Source: a virus (lineage: Duplodnaviria > Caudoviricetes). Taken from it: DNA of 60,699 nt. The notes beneath the pieces are model-generated. The model made no database searches. It was not told the DNA's origin and worked only from the letters and a program-made list of their open reading frames with translations. Location of the stretch: the IMG/VR virus record IMGVR_UViG_3300048574_000519, positions 1-60,699 of that record. One strand, written 5' to 3'. Shown here in pieces: positions 15,047 to 24,112 of this stretch (position 1 is its first letter; each line of letters starts with the position of its first letter). Both the position numbers and the translations under genes were made by a program.

Positions 15047-15796
15047 TTAAGCCCGCCAACACAAAGTGCCAAACGCGGCCGTGTCGAAATAAAACAATCC
15101 CGTGAGCAAAAGCTCGACAGGATCTTCCCGCTCAAGGGGCTTAGCGTCCAAGAGCTGGGCCGCGGTGACTGTACCCGCGGCGTCGCGGATCGCCTCACGA
15201 AGCTCAGGAGAGAGCGAGGGCAGCGTGGCTGGGGCGCAGAACGGTGTGAGTTTATCCGCCAGATCCGACAAACAGCCCGCTCGTATCAAGGAAAGCACGG
15301 GGGGCCACAGATAACGGACTTGCTCGGGCGTCTCGCAGACTTGGTTCAACCGCGTAAAGACGTGCGCGGCCAGAATGAATTTCTTCTGGATTTCCATGAA
15401 CGCTTGGACCCAGGTGTTCACCTTCTCCACCAGCTCGGGCGACACGTCGCGCTGCCGGGCGGGGTGAAGCGGAGGAAGCGGCGCCGGCACGCCCTTGTGG
15501 GTTTGGAAACCGAGACCGAGTACGAGGTCTGCGTCCAGTTCAGGACCATCGCCGTAGCGAAACGACCACGGTGACTCGACCATATGGTAGCCGTCATGGC
15601 ACGTGGACAACATGGGCGCTCGTGCCAATATCTCCCGGTGCTCCGCCGGCGTGAACAGACTCTGACCCTCGGCGTGGGTCAAACCAATCTGCACCGCGGC
15701 GAGCATGCGAGACTTGAGGGCACCGATCTGGGCAGTGATCTCGTGAGCGTCGTTGTCGCGGAACGCCCCTTTGCGCTTTACTCGCCGGGCCATCAA
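15047..15796 (-). CDS. Hypothetical protein
   Basis: 249-aa ORF coupled to the ligase; contains TPEQVRYLWP. Confidence 0.7.
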   Translation of the reverse strand: MMARRVKRKGAFRDNDAHEITAQIGALKSRMLAAVQIGLTHAEGQSLFTPAEHREILARAPMLSTCHDGYHMVESPWSFRYGDGPELDADLVLGLGFQTHKGVPAPLPPLHPARQRDVSPELVEKVNTWVQAFMEIQKKFILAAHVFTRLNQVCETPEQVRYLWPPVLSLIRAGCLSDLADKLTPFCAPATLPSLSPELREAIRDAAGTVTAAQLLDAKPLEREDPVELLLTGLFYFDTAAFGTLCWRA

Positions 15797-16890
15797 TCAG
15801 TCCTCCCATTTGGGTGGAAGTCGACAGCCACCGGGAAACGAGGAACGCCCGCCGGCGTCGGCTTGAAGAACTTGACGGTCACCTTACCCCCGAGGTAACG
15901 CGCCGCGTTCGCGAGAAGGTCTTTGGTGAACGCCTGGTTGCCCTTGACGCCGGCCCCCACTTCACGGCCGTCGGGCAGAGCGAACGTGATCTTCTTCGCG
16001 TGACCGGCCCAGCCACCGATACCCTCTTCGATGCGCAGGAGATCGAACTCGGCGGCCTCGAACTCCTTGCGCTTCATCAGGCTCCAGGATCGCTTGTCGG
16101 GCTCGTAGGGCGCGTCCAGGCGGATCATCTGCCCTTCGTAGCCCAGCTTCAGATACTCAGCGTATGCCTCGTCCAGCCCGTCCTGGTCCGTAACCTTGTG
16201 GGTAACCACCCTGTGAACCGGACCGAGCCGCTCACCGAGTAGATCGCCTACCATGAAGCGGCGTGAACCGAATGAGTAAGGATCGCTGGCGATGTCGTAG
16301 ACGTGGTACTGGAGCAAAGTCATCGCCGCGGCGCGTTGTGCAGCGGTGGGGTTCTGCTTGCGCACCACCGACGTGATGGCGTTGAAGTCGTCCTTGTAGT
16401 CGTGGTTGTAGAGCTCGCCATCGAGCACGAGGTCCGGGTGCTTCACGAACACGGGTTCCAGCGCCTGCAAGATGTGCTCCACGTTCATGTGCCGCTGGTA
16501 CTCGCGACTGAACGCGCCGTGGCGGCTGATGAGTGCGCGAATGCCGTCGAGCTTGGGCTGGCAATACACCGGGAACGTCAGGGGCTCCTTGAGCTTCTTG
16601 AAGTCCTGGGCGAGCATCGGGGAGATCGGCACGTTGACGAGTTCAGCGATCGTCGCCCGGTACTCGCGGGCGAGCTTCTTCGCCTCCTCGGCCTTCGCCT
16701 CGAACAGCGCCTGCGCATGGGCTGTGGGCTGAGACTTGGGTGTGCAGACCGTCCACTTCTGGTCGGCCGGCTTGCCGTCCATGACGCCGGCGATACTGCG
16801 CCATTTGTCGCCGTCGACTTCGAACTTCCAGGTGTAGACAGCGCCGGTCGAGCCGCGCTTGTAAATCCGTATCGAGTGATAGTAGGCCAT
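15793..16890 (-). CDS. lig: ATP-dependent DNA ligase
   Basis: QPKLDGIR (motif I), LDGELY, YHVYD, EGQMIR, LMKRK, PRFP. Confidence 0.92.
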   Translation of the reverse strand: MAYYHSIRIYKRGSTGAVYTWKFEVDGDKWRSIAGVMDGKPADQKWTVCTPKSQPTAHAQALFEAKAEEAKKLAREYRATIAELVNVPISPMLAQDFKKLKEPLTFPVYCQPKLDGIRALISRHGAFSREYQRHMNVEHILQALEPVFVKHPDLVLDGELYNHDYKDDFNAITSVVRKQNPTAAQRAAAMTLLQYHVYDIASDPYSFGSRRFMVGDLLGERLGPVHRVVTHKVTDQDGLDEAYAEYLKLGYEGQMIRLDAPYEPDKRSWSLMKRKEFEAAEFDLLRIEEGIGGWAGHAKKITFALPDGREVGAGVKGNQAFTKDLLANAARYLGGKVTVKFFKPTPAGVPRFPVAVDFHPNGRTD

Positions 16891-16891
16891 C

Positions 16892-18154
16892 TCATTTCCT
16901 CGCCTGCTTGGGGACGTCGACGACGTCGCCGAACGGATACTTGCTCTGGGGGTAGATGCTGCCCCAGATCACCGGATACCTCGGGGGTTGCGTCGGGAAG
17001 CTGCCCATGCCGTCCGTCAGATAGACGAGAGCGTCGGGCGTGAGGTTGAGCTCGTGAACCTTGTCGAACACAGGCTCAAATGCCGTGCCGCCGCCGCCCG
17101 GCGCCTTCTTCGAGCGCACCACGTTCAGGTCACTGGGGTCTTCGAGCTCGTCGACGCGGTGGACCTTCGCGTCGCACCACATGATGAACAGCTCACGGGG
17201 CCGGCACTCTTCGAGGATACCGCTGACCTCCGCGAGGAACATGTCGAGTTCCTCCTGACCGATGCTGCCCGACGTGTCGATCGCGACCACCACGGTGCCA
17301 GTGCCGAAGCCAGAGCGGGCAGGGGTGTAGATGTCGCGCACGATCCAGCGCCGGTCCGGGCGCTGCCAGTCGTAACTGCCGGAGCCGAGTCTCCGGGCGA
17401 ACAGCGCCTGGATCTTCTCACGCCACGGGACCTGGGGATTGAGCACCTCACCGAAGAACCGGTCGAGGCCGGCAGGCATCTTTCCTTGCGCCCGCTGGAC
17501 CGCGGCGCCAGCCGCCACCGCCGCCTGCCAGCGCTGCTCGTTGCGCTGCTGTGCGCTGTCGTGTGGGTCGAGGCCCTTCGACGCGCCGGGCGCCAGGTGC
17601 TGGTCGAAGCCGGTGCCGCGCGCCTTGCCACCGCCGCCCTCCTGCTCCTTGTAGAGCTTGCGGTAGACGTCCATCCACGAGTCGTTGGCCGTCGCCACGT
17701 TGGTGTCGTGCAGCCAGTCCTTGTTGAACTGGCCTACCCCGGAGGTAACCAGGATGTCGTTGATGACCAGATCCTGCGCCTTGTTGGCCAGCTCGGGGTC
17801 GTACTTCAGCGACGTGCCATCCGGGTAGACGATCTTGCCCCGGTTCGCGTTCATGTGCAGCAGCACACAGTGGTTGAGCACACAGTGCATGATCTCGTGC
17901 GCGCATATGAAGATCCGCTCCGAGAGATTGTATTTGAAGAACGTCTTCGGATTGAGGATCAGCGTCGACCCGTCGGTTGCCGCGATCGGAACGTCTTCGG
18001 TGAACAGGGCGATGGTCTTCTGACCGGCCGTGTTCATCATTTCGTAGAAGATGTGGGTGAACGCCGGGCAGTGCCATGTGAGCGCGGCGCGGGTCCGGTC
18101 CCAAAGATCCAGCTCGGCGGCGGTGACGGTGGTGGGCTTCATCGCGGTGGACAT
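16892..18154 (-). CDS. Putative metallopeptidase plus vWA domain protein (DUF2201-like)
   Basis: AATDG, HEIMH (HExxH), DTSGS MIDAS, GGGGTAF, YLTDG. Confidence 0.88.
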   Translation of the reverse strand: MSTAMKPTTVTAAELDLWDRTRAALTWHCPAFTHIFYEMMNTAGQKTIALFTEDVPIAATDGSTLILNPKTFFKYNLSERIFICAHEIMHCVLNHCVLLHMNANRGKIVYPDGTSLKYDPELANKAQDLVINDILVTSGVGQFNKDWLHDTNVATANDSWMDVYRKLYKEQEGGGGKARGTGFDQHLAPGASKGLDPHDSAQQRNEQRWQAAVAAGAAVQRAQGKMPAGLDRFFGEVLNPQVPWREKIQALFARRLGSGSYDWQRPDRRWIVRDIYTPARSGFGTGTVVVAIDTSGSIGQEELDMFLAEVSGILEECRPRELFIMWCDAKVHRVDELEDPSDLNVVRSKKAPGGGGTAFEPVFDKVHELNLTPDALVYLTDGMGSFPTQPPRYPVIWGSIYPQSKYPFGDVVDVPKQARK

Positions 18155-18160
18155 TGGCGG

Positions 18161-18373
18161 TTACTCCAGGTCGTCGGCGAGCATGATGTCTTCGGCCGGC
18201 GCGAAGTGGTCGCCGGACTGGAGAGCGATCTGCGGCTTGCGCTTGTCGGCGATGAGGACGGCGGTGGTGAAGACATGCTTCGCCGCGGCTTTGCAGGCCG
18301 TGAGCATGATCTCCTCCTTCTCCTTGTCCTCGAAGTCGACGCGCAGTTCGATCATGTAGGTGCGCATGGACAT
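18161..18373 (-). CDS. Hypothetical protein
   Basis: 70-aa ORF in the operon with typical codon usage. Confidence 0.65.
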   Translation of the reverse strand: MSMRTYMIELRVDFEDKEKEEIMLTACKAAAKHVFTTAVLIADKRKPQIALQSGDHFAPAEDIMLADDLE

Positions 18374-18379
18374 GGTGGG

Positions 18380-18952
18380 TTACCCCGTTGCTTTGAGTGT
18401 GATGCGGAAGACGAGATCGGTGCGGCACGAAGTGAGCCACTGGTCGAGGAGCTTCTCTCCTTCGTCGCCCCGAAAGAGGAAGTGCCAACAGGTTTTGGAG
18501 TCGGCTCGGTAGAGCGGACTGGGGTGCGGGTCTCGAACAGCCGCATCCTTGTTGTCCACTGGAACCGCGGCGAGCAACAGACCACCGGTGACGTTCGAGA
18601 GACGATCGCTGCGCGTCACCAGGAGCTCGAAGATTTGGATCCTCTGATAACCCCCACCTGCGTAAACGCCGAAGGTCTCTTCATCCACGAAGGCGTAGGG
18701 GCGGTCGAGCTGCTTGGCCAGCGCGCGGAAGTAACCCCGCGGGTTATCCTTGGCGTGAGCTTTCCAGCGATCGGCGAGCGTGCCCAGGACAGTAGCGACA
18801 CCGAACCGGATGTAGTGGTCTGTTGCCGCTTGGATGTCGACGGCGAGCCGTGAGAGCGCGCCCGCGAACCGCAGGTGCGCCTGCTCAGAGCTGGCACGCT
18901 TGCGCTCCAGCTCGGCGAGCTGCTCACCAAGGTGGTCAGCCACAGTGGTCAT
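18380..18952 (-). CDS. Hypothetical protein
   Basis: 190-aa ORF starting after a GAGG RBS inside a palindrome copy. Confidence 0.6.
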   Translation of the reverse strand: MTTVADHLGEQLAELERKRASSEQAHLRFAGALSRLAVDIQAATDHYIRFGVATVLGTLADRWKAHAKDNPRGYFRALAKQLDRPYAFVDEETFGVYAGGGYQRIQIFELLVTRSDRLSNVTGGLLLAAVPVDNKDAAVRDPHPSPLYRADSKTCWHFLFRGDEGEKLLDQWLTSCRTDLVFRITLKATG

Positions 18953-18974
18953 GATGATTACCTCAGAAGTAAGC

Positions 18975-19037
18975 GGTGGGCGGCCGGGGGAGTTGAACCC
19001 CCACGACACTACGATCCGGCGACCGACGCCGCCCACC
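18975..19037 (-). ncRNA. tRNA-like structured element (acceptor-like stem and T-arm, no anticodon arm)
   Basis: GGTGGGCGGC pairs with GCCGCCCACC; T-arm GGGGG-TTCAACT-CCCCC; small hairpin CGGTC-GCCG-GATCG. Confidence 0.5.
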
Positions 19038-19054
19038 TTCCCCGCGCGGGGTTC

Positions 19055-20140
19055 CTACCGGCCGGCGGCGGCGATTGCGGACATGAGCGAGGAGTTCTCG
19101 CGCGCCCACTTCTGGATCGCCGGCGTCATCACCAGCGAGGGCAGGCGGATCGCCGCCGACCGTGCGAAGGTCGAGGCGAACTCCTTCGGCAGGCGCCGGA
19201 TGTACTCGACGACCGGGTCCATCTCTTCGGCCTTCACGCGGTGCGCCAGGTTGTAGCAGATCAGCATCTGCGCATCGGGCTTCTCGGGCGTCTTGACCTT
19301 GGTCGGGTTGGCCAGGATCGTCTCGTACTTCGGCATCTCACGTTCGAGGCGGACGAAATTGAACAACGCCGCGGTCGCGGCCTGGCCGATGTCGCCGGCG
19401 GTCTCTTCCATCGAGACCTCGTCGTCAGGGATCTCGCCGAACTCCTCTTCGAGGAGCCGATGGTGCTTGTCGACTGCGATCAGCGTCGCCGGCGTACACC
19501 ACGGGCCTTGCTTCTCGGGGACGCCTTCGGCGAACACGATCTCAGGGTGCTGCTGGGCGAACAGCCGCGTGCTCGGGCGCACGTCGTTTTCGAGGCACCA
19601 GCGGTCGAAGCTGGCCAGGTCATCCGTGACGTCGATCTCGCGGCGGCGCCTGATGAGGTGGTCGAGCTGCTTGGTGGAGCCTGACCGATCTTGGACACGG
19701 TTGCCTGCGAACCACACGACCCAGCCGGGCGGCAGCAAGTGTGGGCCGAGCCGGCGGGAGTTGCTGTCCGCCGCTTCGCCGATCACCTTCTTGACGTCGG
19801 TGTCCATCTTGTCTTCCTCGTCGACGAAGACGATGCCGCCCTCCGGGTAGTCGACGATGCGCTTACCCTCGTGGTTACGGTAGAAGAACGGGTCCGAGAA
19901 AATCATCTCGGAGTGGTCGTCGAAATGCTTGGGCAGACCGAACCCGATCGAGTCCGACGGCGTCAAGTTGGCGCCGTTGACGACGACGAGGCCGATATTC
20001 AGGCCGAGCTTGGCCTTCACCAGTTCAGGTGCGCGCCGGATGGTGGTGGTCTTGCCGCGGCCAGGGGCGGAGCGCAGGAGGATCGAGCGTCCCTCCTTGA
20101 ACCAAAGCGGGATGCGGCCGATAATCTGGTCGAAGTTCAT
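19055..20140 (-). CDS. MoxR-like AAA+ ATPase
   Basis: SAPGRGKTT Walker A, VFVDEE Walker B, AGNR..D sensor; lies near the vWA gene. Confidence 0.88.
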   Translation of the reverse strand: MNFDQIIGRIPLWFKEGRSILLRSAPGRGKTTTIRRAPELVKAKLGLNIGLVVVNGANLTPSDSIGFGLPKHFDDHSEMIFSDPFFYRNHEGKRIVDYPEGGIVFVDEEDKMDTDVKKVIGEAADSNSRRLGPHLLPPGWVVWFAGNRVQDRSGSTKQLDHLIRRRREIDVTDDLASFDRWCLENDVRPSTRLFAQQHPEIVFAEGVPEKQGPWCTPATLIAVDKHHRLLEEEFGEIPDDEVSMEETAGDIGQAATAALFNFVRLEREMPKYETILANPTKVKTPEKPDAQMLICYNLAHRVKAEEMDPVVEYIRRLPKEFASTFARSAAIRLPSLVMTPAIQKWARENSSLMSAIAAAGR

Positions 20141-20220
20141 AGTGCTGGTCTCCGGTGGGTGGATGCTTGTGTGTGTGCGCGATCCCCGGGCTGGTCAGGC
20201 CCGGGGCGTTACTTCAGAGG

Positions 20221-20658
20221 TTAGGACTTCAGCTCCAGCATCAGGGCGGCGTCGAGACTGCCGTGTGCCTTCATGAGATTGGCCACAAAGGCACTGTTCT
20301 GGCCCATCCAGTCTCTGAGCTGCGGGCGGAGCGCAAGGCGCGCGTCACACGACAAGAGGTGCTTCACCAGCAGCGCCTGTTCGGCCTGGGGAAGGCCGTC
20401 AATGCACAGCAGGAACTGGTTGAGCCCGCCAACTTGCGGGCCGGTTGCGCCCCCAAGCTCCACTTTGGAGATGTATTCGCGGGCATCCGCGGCGAGCTTC
20501 CCGATGACGCAATCGATGCGCCCGCCGCGCTCGGCGGCTTTCTCCGCGAGGTATTTCTTGAGCTCCTCGGGGTCTTCGTTGGTGTTCTGCTTGAACGCTT
20601 TCCAAGCCGCGGCGAAGCGATCCGCCAACGTGGCGGGTAAAGGTTTGGGCACAAGCAT
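20221..20658 (-). CDS. Hypothetical protein
   Basis: 145-aa ORF with an AGGAG RBS, bounded by palindrome copies on both sides. Confidence 0.65.
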   Translation of the reverse strand: MLVPKPLPATLADRFAAAWKAFKQNTNEDPEELKKYLAEKAAERGGRIDCVIGKLAADAREYISKVELGGATGPQVGGLNQFLLCIDGLPQAEQALLVKHLLSCDARLALRPQLRDWMGQNSAFVANLMKAHGSLDAALMLELKS

Positions 20659-20685
20659 TGGTTACTCCTGGGGTAGGTGGGGGAG

Positions 20686-21066
20686 CTACTTCGCCCGCTT
20701 GGGGATGTGCTGCATCGAGAGGGCGTGGAGCACATCGTCCATCGTCCGTTCGAGGACGCTGAGGCGGACGTCGATATCAGACGACACCGGGGCCGCTGCC
20801 TGGGGCGCGGACCTCTTGAGGTGGCCGAAACACTCGGCACGGACATAGGCGACTGAGTTCCTACTGACCTCGCCGCCGAGTTCTTCAGCGACTTTCCTGT
20901 CGCTGTAGCCCTCCTTGTACTCGACGAGCCCGTCGCCGATCTGGTCGAGCACCTGATTGAGCTTGGCGTGGATGGCGATGGCGCCTTTGAAGCCTGCGTT
21001 GCGGCGGGGCTTGGGCGCGCTGTCGAACAGCGTCGGAGCACTCTCGTGCCCATTCATGACGCTCAT
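20686..21066 (-). CDS. Hypothetical protein, possible HTH
   Basis: YSDRKVAEELGGEVSRNSVAYVR is HTH-like; GGAG RBS. Confidence 0.6.
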   Translation of the reverse strand: MSVMNGHESAPTLFDSAPKPRRNAGFKGAIAIHAKLNQVLDQIGDGLVEYKEGYSDRKVAEELGGEVSRNSVAYVRAECFGHLKRSAPQAAAPVSSDIDVRLSVLERTMDDVLHALSMQHIPKRAK

Positions 21067-21096
21067 GGTGGTGGTTCTCCGTGGGCTGGTGGGTGG

Positions 21097-21360
21097 TTAC
21101 GCGGCGGCTACCAAATGCTTCTGGTCGCGCACGGTGGGCAGCTTCCCGGGCACGCGGTCGATGCACAAGAAGTTCATCTGAGTGCGCAGCACCATGTGCT
21201 GGTCGACCTCGGGCAGTTCGTTGAACCAGTCCCGGTCGATGACCAGCAGGTTTGTCGTCTTGTCGTAGAGGCACAGGAGATCGCGCCCCGGCAGCGTGCC
21301 GCTTTCGACGTACCGCACAAGCCGCGGCGGCCGGTCGTCAGGATTGAACGCGAACTCCAT
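21097..21360 (-). CDS. Hypothetical protein
   Basis: 87-aa ORF (MEFAFNPDD) after a GAGG RBS. Confidence 0.6.
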   Translation of the reverse strand: MEFAFNPDDRPPRLVRYVESGTLPGRDLLCLYDKTTNLLVIDRDWFNELPEVDQHMVLRTQMNFLCIDRVPGKLPTVRDQKHLVAAA

Positions 21361-21364
21361 TTCG

Positions 21365-21640
21365 TTACCTCTGAGGTTGCTCGGGAAGGCGTTGTGAGAC
21401 GAGCCGGGAATAGCCGGCGATGTCGTCCCAGTGGTCGGGAATGTTGGGGTCACCAGCGAGGATGCGCCCGACTTTGTGCGCGTTCATTTCCAACGTCTCG
21501 CGCTGGCAAGCGTTGAGACGCGCCCACCCGGGGTGGTTGCGCCAGAGATCCTTTGTCGCTTGGGTGATTGCAGCGTGGTCCGTGTAGTCCCCGTGGGTCT
21601 TACCACGTTCAGCGAGAAGGGCATCGGTCGGGGTTTGCAT
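21365..21640 (-). CDS. DUF6378-like helical phage protein
   Basis: LLAERGKTHGD...HKVGRILAGDP..PDHWDDIAGY signature. Confidence 0.8.
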   Translation of the reverse strand: MQTPTDALLAERGKTHGDYTDHAAITQATKDLWRNHPGWARLNACQRETLEMNAHKVGRILAGDPNIPDHWDDIAGYSRLVSQRLPEQPQR

Positions 21641-21659
21641 AGTGTTATGGCCCAATGGG

Positions 21660-21739
21660 TTGGTGGTATGATGGACAATGACACTTACTCGGTAACTTGC
21701 AAGGTAATACTCAAGTAATAATAGTATACCGGAATATAC
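21660..21739 (-). promoter_or_regulatory. AT-rich putative promoter containing a palindrome copy
   Basis: AT-rich intergenic gap with TAAC-TTGCAAG-GTAA at 21693-21707. Confidence 0.5.
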
Positions 21740-22051
21740 CTACCCTCGTTCGACCGAAGTCGGCATCGGGCCTGAAGGAAACGGTGGCTCAACGTAGGCT
21801 TGCATGACTACACGCTGCCCGATGGCCCGGTCGTCGGGCGGCCAGTCGGCCCAGTCGCTGCCAGAGGGGAGGGGCGCCGGCGCGGCACGTGAGAGCGCGC
21901 AGCTCGTGATCTTCCCGAGCACGGTCCTGAAGTGCTTCTTGATGAACGTCATGACGTCGTCTCGGTCGCGACCATAGAGCGGGATCTCGGTGACCGCGCC
22001 AGACTTGCGCTCGAACACCGCATTGAACAAGCGCAATGGTTTGGTGGTCAT
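21740..22051 (-). CDS. Hypothetical protein
   Basis: 103-aa ORF with an AAGGAG RBS. Confidence 0.6.
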   Translation of the reverse strand: MTTKPLRLFNAVFERKSGAVTEIPLYGRDRDDVMTFIKKHFRTVLGKITSCALSRAAPAPLPSGSDWADWPPDDRAIGQRVVMQAYVEPPFPSGPMPTSVERG

Positions 22052-22314
22052 GAGGAATTCTCCTTACCCATCCGGGTAGTTTCATAGCGGAGCGCGCAGC
22101 TTGGATTACGTGCGAAGAGGTGGCCGCAATAGCGGTAGACACCACGAGCAACTTGATCCCCGGGGGCGATGTCGTATTCAAGCTCGCCACCTATGGCACG
22201 CCGGGTGATGAAGAACGGGAAGACCCTGTGTTCACCGTTCCCCTCTGTCCACCCAAGCAGCACCAACGTTGCCCAACAGGCGCGCTCGTCGCCGATTTGG
22301 TCAATCACCGACAT
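22048..22314 (-). CDS. LLGW-family mini protein
   Basis: ATLVLLGW...FARNPSCALRYE. Confidence 0.75.
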   Translation of the reverse strand: MSVIDQIGDERACWATLVLLGWTEGNGEHRVFPFFITRRAIGGELEYDIAPGDQVARGVYRYCGHLFARNPSCALRYETTRMGKENSS

Positions 22315-22317
22315 GAG

Positions 22318-22809
22318 CTACCCTCCAGGTATCCGCCCGACACGGGTTTCGTGGGTGAGCGCGTCAGCCGGCGACACGGCGAAGACGCACCCAAAGATGC
22401 AGCAGACGCTGGGCCAACGACCGCCTGCACGCTCCTCCACGTCAACAGCGGGACGCATCCAGTAGTAGGAGTTGTGGATGTGCTCACGGAGTGGTGTCCA
22501 CCCCAGCAGCATAATTGTCGCCGCCTCGGGCGTGTTGAACTCATAGGCCATGGTGGTTACTCCGGGGGTAGCCGCCCGACCTCCGCGCTCGTAGGCGAGC
22601 GCGGAAGCGGCTGTGCGCGAGTACATGAACTGTCCGCGGATGTCCCGGTCCATCAGAGCCCGGCTCACATTGTGCCCCACGTCGGCCTCGACCCGAGGAC
22701 GAAACCACCGATAGTACTGCCCGGTGTTCCCTCCGACCGGTCTGGGCTCCCAGCCCAGCAACATGATCGTCGTGGTCTCAGCTGTGCCAAATCCATAACC
22801 GTCGTCCAT
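22318..22809 (-). CDS. LLGW-family protein with two fused domains (internal start at 22551)
   Basis: TTIMLLGW...SALAYE followed by ATIMLLGW...DALTHE. Confidence 0.75.
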   Translation of the reverse strand: MDDGYGFGTAETTTIMLLGWEPRPVGGNTGQYYRWFRPRVEADVGHNVSRALMDRDIRGQFMYSRTAASALAYERGGRAATPGVTTMAYEFNTPEAATIMLLGWTPLREHIHNSYYWMRPAVDVEERAGGRWPSVCCIFGCVFAVSPADALTHETRVGRIPGG

Positions 22810-22814
22810 CGTCG

Positions 22815-23054
22815 TTACCCCGGGGGTATCCGCCCGATGTGGTGTTCATAGGCGAGCGCGTCAGCCGCTATGTCAGTGAGCACAAAATTCCGCCCGATGA
22901 CGAACGGCCGACTGTGAAGTGACGGTGTCGGTAGTGGATCACATGGCAACACCCGCCGAGACCAATATTTGTAGGACCGGTCAAAACTCCAGCCCAACAA
23001 CATGATCGTTGTGCCCTCGGGCGTGCCGAAGCCATATCCCTCGGCGTCGTCCAC
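22815..23054 (-). CDS. LLGW-family mini protein
   Basis: GYGFGTPEGTTIMLLGW...DALAYE..GRIPPG. Confidence 0.75.
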   Translation of the reverse strand: MDDAEGYGFGTPEGTTIMLLGWSFDRSYKYWSRRVLPCDPLPTPSLHSRPFVIGRNFVLTDIAADALAYEHHIGRIPPG

Positions 23055-23057
23055 AGC

Positions 23058-23381
23058 TCACCTCCCGAACCACCATCGTCGCTCTTGCGCGCCCAGCGCC
23101 TGGTGCGTCTTCAGCGCGGCATCGAGCGCCCGGTGCTTCAAGGCGTAGTCCGCCTCGGCTTGGTCCAGCGCAGCCTTGCGCTCGTCGAGCGTCTTGCCGA
23201 GTTGGATGTTCTTCTCGTGGATCTTGATGCACTCGTCGCGCATGTACTCGATCATGACGATGACATGGGGGATCTGCGTCTCGGTGAGTGCGCGCGGGCG
23301 CATCTCGATGATCTTGGATGCGATGGTGTTATAGGCGGCCGCGTCTTCGTCGGGCCCAAACACTGTGCTGATGTCGGTCAT
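23058..23381 (-). CDS. Coiled-coil hypothetical protein
   Basis: 107 aa, AGGAGG RBS, heptad-like C-terminal half. Confidence 0.7.
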   Translation of the reverse strand: MTDISTVFGPDEDAAAYNTIASKIIEMRPRALTETQIPHVIVMIEYMRDECIKIHEKNIQLGKTLDERKAALDQAEADYALKHRALDAALKTHQALGAQERRWWFGR

Positions 23382-23383
23382 TG

Positions 23384-23638
23384 TTACCTCCTGAGTAACC
23401 CGAATTCCCGCTCGTAGTGGAGCGCGCTGTCGGCGCTCCATGCGAACACAAAGCCCCTGCCGACGTACACGCCGTTCACCGGCGCTGTATCACCCCAGCA
23501 TTCTTCTTGGCGCGCGGCGCGCCGCCACTTCCAGGTCATCCGTGAGCCCGCGGGCTCCATCTCCCACCCGAGTAGGAGGACCGTTACCTCTTGGCAGGCG
23601 CGGTGTTCGAGGTAGGCGGGCGTACAGTCGCTGGACAT
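23384..23638 (-). CDS. LLGW-family mini protein
   Basis: VTVLLLGW...SALHYEREFGLLRR. Confidence 0.75.
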   Translation of the reverse strand: MSSDCTPAYLEHRACQEVTVLLLGWEMEPAGSRMTWKWRRAARQEECWGDTAPVNGVYVGRGFVFAWSADSALHYEREFGLLRR

Positions 23639-23641
23639 CGG

Positions 23642-23872
23642 CTACCTCCTGAGTAACCCGAACTTCCGCTCATACTCCAGCGCGTCCTCCGCCTTCGACG
23701 CGACGACCAATTCGTGCAGCATAGTCACCCTTGGATGGGCGACGTACCCATGAGATCTTTCCCCTGGGAGAAGCGGACGCTGCCACGCCAACGAACAGAC
23801 CTCGGGGTAGATCTGCCGCCACCCGAGTAGGATGAGCGTGCCGGCAACCACGTCGTCGCGAAGATCGAGCAT
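23642..23872 (-). CDS. LLGW-family mini protein
   Basis: GTLILLGW...DALEYERKFGLLRR. Confidence 0.75.
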   Translation of the reverse strand: MLDLRDDVVAGTLILLGWRQIYPEVCSLAWQRPLLPGERSHGYVAHPRVTMLHELVVASKAEDALEYERKFGLLRR

Positions 23873-23877
23873 GGCGG

Positions 23878-24111
23878 TTACCTCCTGAGTAATCCGAACC
23901 GCTGCTCATAATCGAGCGCGTCTTCTGCGCGATCCGCGACAAGCAGGCGCTTCTTGACCAGCGCGAACGCGCCAGGGTGCGGGTCGTAAAACTCCGCCTT
24001 CTCATGCGGTAGGATGGGGCGCTCCCACCCGAAGATGCATGCTTCATCGTAACGCTGACGCCACCCCAGAAGGATGAGCGTGGCGGCAATCCCGTCTTCA
24101 CGGGGCTTCAC
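23878..24111 (-). CDS. LLGW-family mini protein
   Basis: GTG start after GGAGGAG; ATLILLGW...DALDYEQRFGLLRR. Confidence 0.75.
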   Translation of the reverse strand: MKPREDGIAATLILLGWRQRYDEACIFGWERPILPHEKAEFYDPHPGAFALVKKRLLVADRAEDALDYEQRFGLLRR

Positions 24112-24112
24112 G

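Noticed and set aside
16988-18853. 621-aa plus-strand ORF, and similar long antisense ORFs such as 56532-58352, 51147-52766 and 58797-60215
   Set aside because: Shadow ORFs antisense to well-supported genes, expected from high-GC codon bias; no motifs.
18975-19037. Canonical tRNA gene
   Set aside because: Too short and lacks an anticodon arm; kept only as a tRNA-like element.
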